The notes under the pieces are model-generated. The model did no database searches, was not told where the DNA came from, and was given only the letters and a program-made list of their open reading frames with translations. A stretch of 62,998 nucleotides of DNA, filler included, from Collodictyon triciliatum (lineage: Eukaryota): the NCBI GenBank assembly GCA_043381765.1. It is 7 parts of 7 records of this genome, joined end to end, with 100 filler letters (N's around TTAATTAATTAA, not from the genome) between each part and the next. Parts side by side here need not be neighbours in the genome. Positions count along the whole stretch, not along the records: positions 9,750 to 19,397 come from JBHJMP010002932.1; positions 19,498 to 29,135 come from JBHJMP010002933.1; 5 more parts are not named here. One strand, given 5' to 3'. Below, in pieces: positions 13,801 to 25,409 of this stretch. The position numbers and the translations under genes were made by a program. Position 1 is the stretch's first letter; each line of letters starts with the position of its first letter.

Positions 13801-14592
13801 TATCCATTCCAATTACTACTATATATCTTTTATTTCCCATATATATCTTGCAGTTCAGTGCATCCTCCTCTGAATTTCTTATTACTCGCTTATTTATCAT
13901 TTACATGTTTTTTTTTTCTCAAACAAAAAAATCGACAACATACAGCGTCGAAGGTAGCAAAGCTTGCTCATGCAACCGGGACACTCACGCTTCTCCTGAA
14001 GACGAAGGGGAATCACACTACGGTAATCATACAATGAACCCGATCATTCCTTTACATCGAAACCACTGTCTGAATTGTATTCGGTTTGCTAGAGCATCCT
14101 TTTGTTTGTCTTCCTTTCAGTAATATAATTTTTCTTTTTTTAAAAAAAAACAAAAACAACCAAAATTAAACTTAATATATTCATATCCTCCTCTTCGATT
14201 CAAAACAATTCTGACCGCATCCACCCGTAGACAATCTCCGGGGCTGAATCCGGTTTCTGTGCCAGTGCAGGCATTCCCGTCCCAATCGTGGTGAGCTCAA
14301 AGAATGGCGAGCCAGCCAACCTGTTCTCAAAGGTTCTCTTTGCGGTCATCACCAGGTCAGTCCTGACATTAATTTAAGTTTCTGTGCCTGAGCAAATAAA
14401 AGCAAATCATTCCCTGACCTCGTATCTATAAAACAAACAAATAGAAATACCAATGCCCAAAGTGCTGGCTTTGGCGACAACTTTGGGACCGTTGTTGCGA
14501 CAAGCCTGCTCTCCACGGCGATTGCCACACCTGCAGTGTATATCCTGGCCAAGTACCTGTCATCCGCCTGGCAGAAATGGACAGCAGCTTGA
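10851..14592 (+). CDS. GEM1: Mitochondrial Rho GTPase Miro, multi-exon
   Basis: GTPase 1 GDAGVGKSSL and NYWIPE; EF-hand DSDKDGHISDDE..IQDLCFGQKL; ITFPSWLLLW..FYLG; GTPase 2 IFGASGSGKTSLL; C-terminal tail anchor; stop TGA at 14590-14592. Confidence 0.92.
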
Positions 14593-16149
14593 ACCTGGAG
14601 TATGTGTCTTGATTGTGTGATGGTCCCATCGACTCCTCCACCAATCTCCCTCTCTCCACCAATCACCAGCCCACTGTTTTGTTCTCTCCCCAACCAACCC
14701 AAACCCCATTTCATCCCATAAAAGAAATCATAAACACTCGCGAACCACGTCCAGCAACTGCGATTCTGCCGACAGGGTCTCCCTGTTGACATGCAGTTGT
14801 ATCACTCCATGATTGTGTGCACAACAGGTACTTTTTTTTTGCAGGAACATAGCCATCCACGCCCGGTGTCAACGCATAATAACAAAGCACTATATTTTCC
14901 ACATATAATACATTTATGTGGTTAGTCCAGAATATTCAATAACATAGACCTAAACTGGTGATTTCAATAGAATGTTAATTCCAAGTATGCAATATTTAAT
15001 TAAAAATTCATTTTATTTATCCATATATGAGTTGTTATCTGCACAGTTCTCCACCAATGCCCAAAGCGAAAGCAGCCCAACCAAACACGCACAATAAAGA
15101 TGATTCATCTGATTCCGCCTCTTACTTGTCCCTTGTTTCTATCCAGTAATCACAAAGCCTCTCCCATCCCTGCCCACAGCCAGCGCCAGCCGAGCCTCTT
15201 CCCCAGCGTAAGTCCGCAGCCGCAAAGGATAACCCGCACGACTTTCATTAAAGCAACAACAAAAAAATTAAAAACAAAAACAACAAAAAAANNNNNNNNN
15301 NNNNNNNNNNNNNNNNNNNNNNNNNNNNNNNNNNNNNNNNNNNNNNNNNNNNNNNNNNNNNNNNNNNNNNNNNNNNNNNNNNNNNNNNNNNNNNNNNNNN
15401 NNNNNNNNNNNNNNNNNNNNNNNNNNNNNNNNNNNNNNNNNNNNNNNNNNNNNNNNNNNNNNNNNNNNNNNNNNNNNNNNNNNNNNNNNNNNNNNNNNNN
15501 NNNNNNNNNNNNNNNNNNNNNNNNNNNNNNNNNNNNNNNNNNNNNNNNNNNNNNNNNNNNNNNNNNNNNNNNNNNNNNNNNNNNNNNNNNNNNNNNNNNN
15601 NNNNNNNNNNNNNNNNNNNNNNNNNNNNNNNNNNNNNNNNNNNNNNNNNNNNNNNNNNNNNNNNNNNNNNNNNNNNNNNNNNNNNNNNNNNNNNNNNNNN
15701 NNNNNNNNNNNNNNNNNNNNNNNNNNNNNNNNNNNNNNNNNNNNNNNNNNNNNNNNNNNNNNNNNNNNNNNNNNNNNNNNNNNNNNNNNNNNNNNNNNNN
15801 NNNNNNNNNNNNNNNNNNNNNNNNNNNNNNNNNNNNNNNNNNNNNNNNNNNNNNNNNNNNNNNNNNNNNNNNNNNNNNNNNNNNNNNNNNNNNNNNNNNN
15901 NNNNNNNNNNNNNNNNNNNNNNNNNNNNNNNNNNNNNNNNNNNNNNNNNNNNNNNNNNNNNNNNNNNNNNNNNNNNNNNNNAAAAACCTCTAACCTTGCC
16001 TAACTTGAAAGGGACAATAACAAAAGAAAAAAGATTATCCAAAACGGATTCCTGCCCTCGTTCTTTTTCTTTTGATCACCTGTTAGAAAATTTCCAAGAA
16101 TATGTTAGTATTATTTAGATTTACATTACTATTTCCATTAATTCTTAGA

Positions 16150-19100
16150 GAGCTTGCTCGGGAAATCGTAGCTCTAAAAAAGCTCCGCTCAAAGCATATC
16201 ATACAAATGATTGATGTAAAATACACCCCTGATAGAATTTTCGTAGTGTTCGAATTACTCAAAGGAGGTACATTACAGTCCAAAATCGGTGAGATTTCTG
16301 TGGCATACATGTCTTTTCATTTCTATCGTCTTGTTGTAGGTTCATTGCACATTTTTTTTTAAAAATATTTCGTTCAAATTCTATGGATTAATAGCTCCTT
16401 GACTAAAATGACTGGTTGTATATGCAAGTTCATTCATGTCATTATATATACTGATCACTAAACATACATCTCCATCTTCCTGTAGTATCTAAAGGTAAAT
16501 TCCCAGAACCTGTGGCCCGATTCTTTTTCAAACAACTGATCCAAGGTGGTATTTACGCCTCTTCATTGAAAAACGAATACTTGCAAACAATGGCCTGTTA
16601 CTGATACCTAGATTTCATTCTAGCCTCAAACGATTTTAGTTCTTTTATCTCACCCCTATTGGTCTTGTANNNNNNNNNNNNNNNNNNNNNNNNNNNNNNN
16701 NNNNNNNNNNNNNNNNNNNNNNNNNNNNNNNNNNNNNNNNNNNNNNNNNNNNNNNNNNNNNNNNNNNNNNNNNNNNNNNNNNNNNNNNNNNNNNNNNNNN
16801 NNNNNNNNNNNNNNNNNNNNNNNNNNNNNNNNNNNNNNNNNNNNNNNNNNNNNNNNNNNNNNNNNNNNNNNNNNNNNNNNNNNNNNNNNNNNNNNNNNNN
16901 NNNNNNNNNNNNNNNNNNNNNNNNNNNNNNNNNNNNNNNNNNNNNNNNNNNNNNNNNNNNNNNNNNNNNNNNNNNNNNNNNNNNNNNNNNNNNNNNNNNN
17001 NNNNNNNNNNNNNNNNNNNNNNNNNNNNNNNNNNNNNNNNNNNNNNNNNNNNNNNNNNNNNNNNNNNNNNNNNNNNNNNNNNNNNNNNNNNNNNNNNNNN
17101 NNNNNNNNNNNNNNNNNNNNNNNNNNNNNNNNNNNNNNNNNNNNNNNNNNNNNNNNNNNNNNNNNNNNNNNNNNNNNNNNNNNNNATGGTCATGTGGTGT
17201 TCTACTCTATGTGATGGTTGCCGGATATATCCTACTTTTCTCCCTATTTTTACTTTAAATTCTAGTTTTGTCGATATGATTAAAGCTTACCCAAAACCAA
17301 TATGTGAAGTATATCTTTAACCATGATCACATGTACCTTGGCAATCGGAAGACGAGAAGGTGCGAAAAAAGATGATTGTTGATGGTGCAATCAGCTATCC
17401 CTCTTGGTTTTCCATGGAGCTCATAAGTAACTCTGAATAATTGCATCCTCTGCTGATTCACATTCAGAAATGTGACCGATCATTAATAATTATATTCGAT
17501 AGGTCTGCTTAAAGGAATCCTCCAAACAGACCCATCCAAGCGCTTCTCTATATCAGATATTAGAGAGTCATACTGGTTCATAAGGTACATATTCTCGCGT
17601 GTACGATTGACCTACTCCTATTTATTTTAACCTTGGTAGGGAGCTGAGATAATTCTATAATTCATGTCTTACCCTAATTCTTTTCCTCGAAAAGCGAACC
17701 TGTTCAATCTATCAAACAATCAAGTGCTTTGGAGCCTTCGCCTGCCATTCATCGAAGCTCGTCCTTCATGTCTTTCTTAGATGCTATTCATATGAGTTCG
17801 AAACTCGATACATCTTTACATGGGTAGTTCTTTTCTCTCTTTCTTTTGTCTTATTTGAATGTCTCACCTTTACAAACGCACATCAACGAATAGCCTTCTT
17901 TACTTCTACCATACCTAATTCATCCACTTTTTATTTCTTTTCTAATTTGCACAGTTCTCCCTCTGTCCCTACCTCCCCAAGACAAACAAAGGGGTCAACA
18001 GCAAACACAACTGACATGACAGAGCGAAGTGCCACCAAATCTTCCATAAGCTCACCAGAGATGAAGTCCAACAAATTGCAGATTCCGACACATTCAAAAG
18101 CTCATATCCAGCCACTCTCCCATCCTTCAACGCCTGTTCAAGCGCATAATCACATACACTTGGTGGTACCGCCCCAAAAGCACACAACAAATTCCTCCAC
18201 AAGTCCCACACAACAAGAGGGTTCTTCTGACGAGAACGAGCACCCAACTCAAACTAAGCAGGCAGGGGAAACTGAAACATCAGTAGACTCCCCGCAATCC
18301 CTGGAACGCATATGGTCCCTACCAATCGGCCTCTTTGGGGCCCAACAAAAGAAAACAATTTTTATTAGCACACAGAGACCAACAGTGAGTTCTAATGTGT
18401 TTGTATATATTTTTGGTATGCATTTGCGAATGTACTATATGGCCCAATAACTGTGTTAATTACTTTATTCAAACCGTAGGATTTAAAATTTGTCTGAAAT
18501 TAAATCGAATAACGGATTTTTTTAAGTCTAAAATCAATTTATCGCCATTACAATAAATAAGGAGTTGATGACACTTCTAACAGGCACTGTTCGAAAGCTC
18601 GGATTTATACCACAGGCCGTCAGTGGGTTAGAAGTAAACTTTTTTTTTACAAGTACTCTGTAGTAATATTAACACAGTTATTTTTCTCTCACATAAAACT
18701 ATAACTAAATACTCAAATGTCCAATCCACCCACGGGACTCTATTCTTCCTTCACTATGCTTAGTTTTTCGCACGAGAAACAAATGGAGATAACCCGCTTT
18801 CGATTCATGTGCATGCATTTCCCTTTGGAACACTCAGCATAATCTACGTGTTCCGGCAGATGGTGGGTTTTATGTGATACATGTCCTACGGCCTTCCTTT
18901 TATATATAAGGGGATATGGTCCGCACTGCCAATGTGTGTATAATAAAGATGCCTTACTGTTTTTATGGAGTTTTTTTTCTTTTCTTTGTCCATTCTATAA
19001 AAGTAATTCAGTTTGTGTGTTGCACATGATAAAAATATTCGCTCCTCCTCATATAGGGCGAACAACTCCGATTCTTTGATGTGTACAGAGATATCCTTGA

Positions 19101-19191
19101 GATGAACTGGCTTTTTATTGTCCACGACATGGATGAGACGCCCGCCAAGATACATTCGAGATTGTGTGAGCAAACCCAGGGGTGGCACTAA
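16150..19191 (+). CDS. SNF1/CAMK-group Ser/Thr kinase, CIPK-like; N-terminus and part of the catalytic domain fall in gaps
   Basis: REIVALKKLRSKHIIQM..VFELLKGGTL, ARFFFKQLI, WSCGVLLYVMVAGYVPW, ILQTDPSKRFSI; NAF-like MSFLDAIHMSSKLDTS; C-terminal KKTIFIS..LGF..GEQLRFFDVY. Confidence 0.85.
17227..17330 (+). other. U12-type AT-AC intron, 104 nt
   Basis: 5' end ATATCCTAC; branch-site-like TCTTTAAC about 10 nt before the terminal AC. Removing it restores AGYVPW (compare AGYLPF) in frame. Confidence 0.88.
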
Positions 19192-19363
19192 TACTACCTT
19201 TAAGAATGGAATCAATATAGATAAATAAAACCACAAAAGTGTTTTTTTTTCAAACATGCGTTCACGGCAGCCGATTACTACCGAAATATCACGGGCTGCA
19301 TTCTTCAAAAATAAAAAAACAATAAAAAACAATAAAAAACAATAAAAAAACAATAAAAAAACA

Positions 19364-19394
<31 letters not shown>

Positions 19395-19497
19395 CAANNN
19401 NNNNNNNNNNNNNNNNNNNNNNNNNNNNNNNNNNNNNNNNNTTAATTAATTAANNNNNNNNNNNNNNNNNNNNNNNNNNNNNNNNNNNNNNNNNNNN

Positions 19498-19600
19498 AAA
19501 CCATAAAAAACCATAAAAAACCATAAAAAACCATAAAAAACCATAAAAAACCATAAAAAACCATAAAAAACCATAAAAAACCATAAAAAACCATAAAAAA
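19498..19600. repeat. (CCATAAAAAA)n minisatellite
   Basis: 10-nt tandem unit at the scaffold start. Confidence 0.95.
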
Positions 19601-19768
19601 TAAGGATTAGTCACCTCGGACTTTAAGCATAAATCACACACCCCAATATCATATATGGTGTTGATGTTGGGAGATATACCGACACCCTTCTCTATGAAAC
19701 CCTGAACCACTCCATACCTCATTGACCGATCTTTCTATTTACCATAGGTATTCCAAAACCCTTGTGAG

Positions 19769-21899
19769 ATGTGGTTGCGGTCGCAGGTATTGAGGTCGCA
19801 TTCCCTGACTCAGTTGGCAAATACGTTTCACCGGTTTTCATCCACCGCAACATCCATTTTGGCTATTGAGTCATCTTGTGATGATTCGTGTGTTGCCCGC
19901 ATGACACTTGTACCACCATTCAACTTTACACACCAAAGTGCCGGGCAGATGGATGCACATGCTCCGTATGGTGGTGTTGTCCCGCCGATAGCCGCAAGAG
20001 CTCACATGGCGAACATTCCCAATCTTCTAGAGGCAGTGGACAGTAATTGTACCACTTCAGATGTGCAACTGAAAGGTACATTCTGACTCCCAAATTATTA
20101 TAACTTTCATTCGTACGCTTCCTCTTTTATATTCCCTTCCTGCGACGTTCCTTTATTTTTAATTTATTTTTGGTTTGTTTAATCATCCTTTTGAAACATG
20201 TAATTTGACAAAAAAATGAATTGAAAAAAGCATCACATGCAAAGATGTTGCTGTGGCTGTGACTGTGGGCCCTGGCCTATCTCCTTGTCTTCGCGTTGGC
20301 GTCGCCAATGCGCACCGATATGCTCACAGAAAGAACATACCGATTATTCCCGTCCACCATATCGAGGCACACATGCTTGTTGCTCGCCATCCACAAGTAT
20401 CACTTATCACACCAGCCTTTCCGTTCTTAGCACTCGTTCTCACAGGAGGACATACCCAGTTGGTTCTTGTTCAAGATGTTGGCAAGTATCGTCTCTTAGG
20501 TGAAACACTGGACGATGCAATTGGTGAAGCGTTTGATAAGGTGGCTAGAATACTGGGTCTCTCCCACCCAACCGCTTATGGTGCCGCGCTGGAGTTCGAA
20601 GCATCAAAGTATACACATACACAGTTGTTGCAAGGTCATGAGTCATCAGATAAGCACACACTGATTCAGTTTCCAGTGCCGATGAGACATTTGAAAAATT
20701 GTGATTTCTCCTTCGCTGGGTTGAAAACAGCAGTTCGGTATCAGATAAACTCTATATTGAAAAAAAGCTGTGTGGATAGGTTACCAGAGCAGTATGTCCC
20801 AGAAATTGCACATGCATTTCAAGTAGTTACGCAATTCTTTTTTTTTTTTTTTTTTAAAAAAAAACAAACTATTTCGCAATAGTATCTCCTCAGCCTGTTG
20901 AGAATATTTTCTATATTTTTTGATTTCTTTGATTAAAAGTGTGACTCAAAAGTCGTAGGCGCTATACCTTTTAATTATACCTTACTTCTTACAATCCATC
21001 TTGTGGTACAAAATTAAGCCCCCGAAGACTGTACTTTTTTTCTCGTTCCATTCCTAAAGTTTTGTACCCTAGAAAACTGTAACAACTCACCTTATTGAGA
21101 GAACGCGAAGAGCGATTGAATGGTCCAAAAAACTAGAGCCATCTATCAAGCACGTCGTAAGAAAGATATGTACATAGAATATAGAGTACATTTATGTATT
21201 TGAACACTTTCTTCCGCATAAATTTGTTTTAGATTGGTCTCAATTCACAATCACTTACCTGCCCATCTCCTTCTAGGTTGTATGCGGGGGAGTTGCCTCC
21301 AACAAATACATCCGTGGTCAGCTTGTAAATACCTTCGCGCAGTTGGAGGTGGATGCGGTTTTTCCAGATCCGAAATTTTGTACGGATAACGCACTTATGA
21401 TTGCCTGGGCTGCATATGAAAAAATCATCCACCACCAGCGACAGAGTTCATCTACATCGTTCCCGAAGTCATTAGGGGAGGCAACTAAGGACCTAGCTAT
21501 TCCCAACGTTTTCAAAAACGATAGCGGTACTTCTTCCCATTAAACTATAGGATGATGTGGTGCTGGATATACAAGTTCACGTCCAAGATAGCCGTTTTTG
21601 AAGACTGTTATCCTGTCGTCAGCTTTGGGTGGGTACGCTTTTACTCAAGCGTGATTTATTTCATAGAGTCCATCGACGAATCTTCCTTAAGAAAACTGGT
21701 TCAGGTCACCGCAAGGTGGCCTCTCTCTGAATCGATGAGCGAAGAAGAGGCGAAGGAGCTGAATCGCAAAGAGCCTGTAGATGAAACTCCTAAAACCACC
21801 CTTACCCCAACCCCAGCCGCCTTGCCTTCCTCTTCTGAGGACAAACTACGCCTGCTTGATAGATTCAAGGATTTGATAAAAAACATCCTCTTTCAGTAG
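19769..21899 (+). CDS. OSGEPL1: Mitochondrial tRNA N6-adenosine threonylcarbamoyltransferase (Qri7/TsaD type)
   Basis: Arg/Ser-rich presequence; ILAIESSCDDS, YGGVVP, VTVGPGL, HHIEAH, LTGGHTQL, GETLDDAIGEAFDKVAR, FSFAGLKT, GGVASN, CTDNALMIAW. Confidence 0.95.
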
Positions 21900-22820
21900 T
21901 CTGCATATTTTCAATTCTTCTCCAGAGCACCACCCCAATAAACCGTCAAACCGTCAACAAACGTAAAGTGGCAATCAGTGTCCTGCTGCAACATATATTA
22001 CGCAAAGCCTCTCCTGTTTGAAAAGATTTCTTTGCTTCCAGCACTCTGATGCGCGCGTATGCCCACGCTGTTTATTGAGCGCGTATTCAATTGACTCCAC
22101 AGAGTTCGGAAAGTATCGTGACCCTCCTGCTGTGGGAACGACAGTCCCCGAAAATCAGATTGGGAATTGGGAATCACAGGGGACAATATAAGTGCGCGGC
22201 ACATATATAAGCCCATGTGTAAAAGCCAAATCATCTCGTTAAGTCCAAGGGATAATCAAAACGCCCGATCACAACGAATCCGTGATCGTTTGCCCATCAC
22301 AATGATCAAACAAAAGGCCCGAAAAACAGAAACCCGAGCAAAGACAAAACGACGGGTAGATGCGTTCCGTGACTTTAACTCGAGCATCCTGAAAGCATAC
22401 TGTTTTCTTTCTAATTTATTCTCTCCTCGATTCCATCTTCAAACAAACCCCCCACCCCGCACGATTCCAAGCTTTCCGCCATGTCGCTTTATTCTATTGT
22501 GTGATCAACGAAATAATCTACGGACACAAAAGAAAAAAAAGAATCTACTCTCCTTTCCTGTTCCTTTTTTTTCTCTTTTTCTCTTTTTCTCTTCCCTTTG
22601 TTACACCACGGTCGCCGACGAAAAAGTCCGACACCCGACAATATATCCGTACTGCCTTTAGCATGTCTCTTTTCCACACAACAACAAAAACAATTATGAT
22701 ACTAACGAGGAACACTAACAAACTTCCACTCTTGTTTCTCCTTTTCGCAAAGTAGATCGTTTGTCGCACTATCCTATTCAAATAAAAACATATTGTCACG
22801 TACCCCCTCAAAAACACACA

Positions 22821-22876
<56 letters not shown>

Positions 22877-23264
22877 ACAAAGCACCACCACGAACTACTT
22901 TTCCGCACCCAACTTCATGTGTGACGAATAATAAAGAGAGCCAATCTCAGCCTGTCACCATGAAGCCAAGCCCCTTGCTATTGACTTTTTTTATCTTGCA
23001 AGCACGATCTTCGTCTGCAATAAAAAAAAAAAGTAACTTGTTTGCCATCAATGTCTGAAGACTCGGTTTGGCTAGTGTGTACCCCAGTTTTCTGAGACTG
23101 GCTGTGTCCAGCAGCAATGACTTTTTCTTGATGCATCCTTGTGTACTAATGACAAATTGTATATCCCCAATACTAACCCTGGCGCTGTACTTTCTCGTCC
23201 TTTGTGATCGTATGCTCTTTTCTCTGATCTGTCCACTCCTCACGCCGCCTTTTATATATGGAAT

Positions 23265-23495
23265 CAAAAAAACATAAAAAAACATAAAAAAACATAAAAA
23301 AACAAAAACAAAAAAAAGCATAAAAAAGCATAAAAAAGCATAAAAAAGCATAAAAAAGCATAAAAAACATAAAAAAACATAAAAAAACATAAAAAACATA
23401 AAAAACATAAAAAACATAAAAAACATAAAAAACATAAAAAACATAAAAAACATAAAAAACATAAAAAACATAAAAAACATAAAAACAAAAAAACA
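23265..23495. repeat. A-rich 9-10-nt minisatellite (AAAAAACAT / AAAAAAGCAT)
   Basis: Direct reading of the sequence. Confidence 0.95.
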
Positions 23496-23726
23496 AATTG
23501 TACAAATAACAAAAACACACGATTGCTGACGCCAACGATAGATATTGCAAACAAGAGTCCGATACTCGTTGCAGCATCCATAGATAGCCGCCTGCCAAAC
23601 CCCTCTCTTGATTAATCCTTTTTCCCACAAGGAGCCCCAGGACCGGAATAGGCCGCAGGCACGAAGAAAAAAGAAAACCAAAGAAAAGAGAAAGGGAGAC
23701 ACCGGAGTCACTACAGAAAAACATAT

Positions 23727-25409
23727 ATGGCCAAAACTAAAGAGTTAGCAGACAGAGATGGCAAATACGTTGTCGACTTGGGCACAGAGACAAACGGCAA
23801 ACAGGTTTACTCACCCGATACTCTGTCGCCTACTTCAAACACGGTTGCACAAATCAGGAGCGTCGGAGAAAATATCACACCTGTCAACGTTTTCTGTATC
23901 CTGAAGCACGATCTCACACAGCGCGTCATGAATGGACTGGTCTCCTGGAAGGTAATGCATTGTGCTTGTTTAACTGCTGCATTTACTTCGAGTAACCCTT
24001 CTCATTTTTTCTTTCTACGCATTATTGTATACCTGTTCATTTTTTTCCTGTGAACGATAACATTAACCATTACTGAGTTTTCCAAGACATGCAATCTGTG
24101 TATAATTGACGTAACTTCTTTATGTAACAGAACATTCTCTGGATTTAGTATTTACAACATCACTTTACCTCCAGGAAATCGTGCATACCTTGTCGCACCA
24201 TAGCCTTAAAGTTGTTTGGTGCATGAAGCCGATTTATCTCAATGCTGTTTTCTGGGAAGCTCACTACAGGGACACCATAAATACCAAGGAATCAACACAA
24301 GCAGGTACTTGTTGGTAATTACCATCACCATCTCTATGTTTTTATTTTTGACCACAAACATCTCTCCACACACTAAATCTAGCCCTAATTCTCTTCATCT
24401 CCCCCCCTTTTTTTTTTTTTTTTGGTGGACAATATTTTTTTTTTAATAAATCATTTGACAAAATGTAACAACAAAGAAAAGCTATGACTTTAATATTGTA
24501 AATTGCCATTACTACAACAGGTGACGGCCAACGTTACTTAAAAAAGATATTGGAGAGATTGCAGGATACCTATGGCATGCCAATATTGTTGCATTTAATG
24601 ACGAGTGATTTGACCCTGGCAGAGAACCTGCGGAAGAGAAAGTACGAGTTGCGTGATCATTTGATGAAACTTTCTACGATAAGCGGATGTGATAAAAGCT
24701 TGCTAATTCGTAAGTCAATTATAAATCGGATTATTCCGACGCGACACACCTTAAATATATCTGTATCTGAGATTTTTAAGTAATAATGCTCGTAAACAAT
24801 AGAATAAATAATAAGGAAATAAATTAATAAATGTGCAGACATCAGCGATGACTGGAAAGGAGCAAAATGGGAACTTGAAAATCTTGCAAGCTATATATCA
24901 TCACACCCCGACGTGCTAAGCAAGATACCGCCCGATTTGATTTCGGCACCAATGGGTCTCAACGCTCTTCCCTTTAGCAATTCTGGGTATTTCAACGATG
25001 AGGATGACGAGTCCTCGGCAGTTGACCAACAGCAGCTGACCCTCTGGTCTGCCTTGAGAGAACTTGTTGGTAAGTAACTTCCCTTGCAGTCCCAAATTCT
25101 ACACAATTTTTTAGCGGCAAAATATATCAGCAATATAATAAGTGTAAAAGAGTTTTACTTATCCTATTATTCCTTTCAACAGGGGCAGCTGAGAATTCGA
25201 AAGCCAACCCTCCTTCGTCAAACTAATTTTTCGAACCTAGTAAAACTCGTTCATCACGGTTCTGTAAGGTTTATTTTATTGATTAAAGAAATTTATTGAA
25301 CCCCGAATTCTAACATTTTTGAATTATAGTGAAAGGATATCATATATACTATGTTGCAAATAATATTGACACACTTTTCTTATTCAATATGCAGCGGGCT
25401 GTACTTTAA
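23727..25409 (+). CDS. Divergent nucleoside-diphosphate kinase (NDK/NME) domain protein with N- and C-terminal extensions
   Basis: Spliced VFCILKHDLTQR..EIVHTL..LKVV..EAHYRD..LLIHISDDWKGAKWEL parallels NDK IKPDGVQR..EII..HY.D..IIHGSD..A.KEI. The final exon is uncertain. Confidence 0.7.

Noticed and set aside
15100-17258. Long X-rich ORFs here and at 33968-34716, 43670-44684 and 56642-57382
   Set aside because: They are open only because they run through N gaps.
21998-23581. Possible minus-strand multi-exon gene between OSGEPL1 and the NDK-like gene
   Set aside because: Several frames and splice paths are possible and none gives a recognisable domain.
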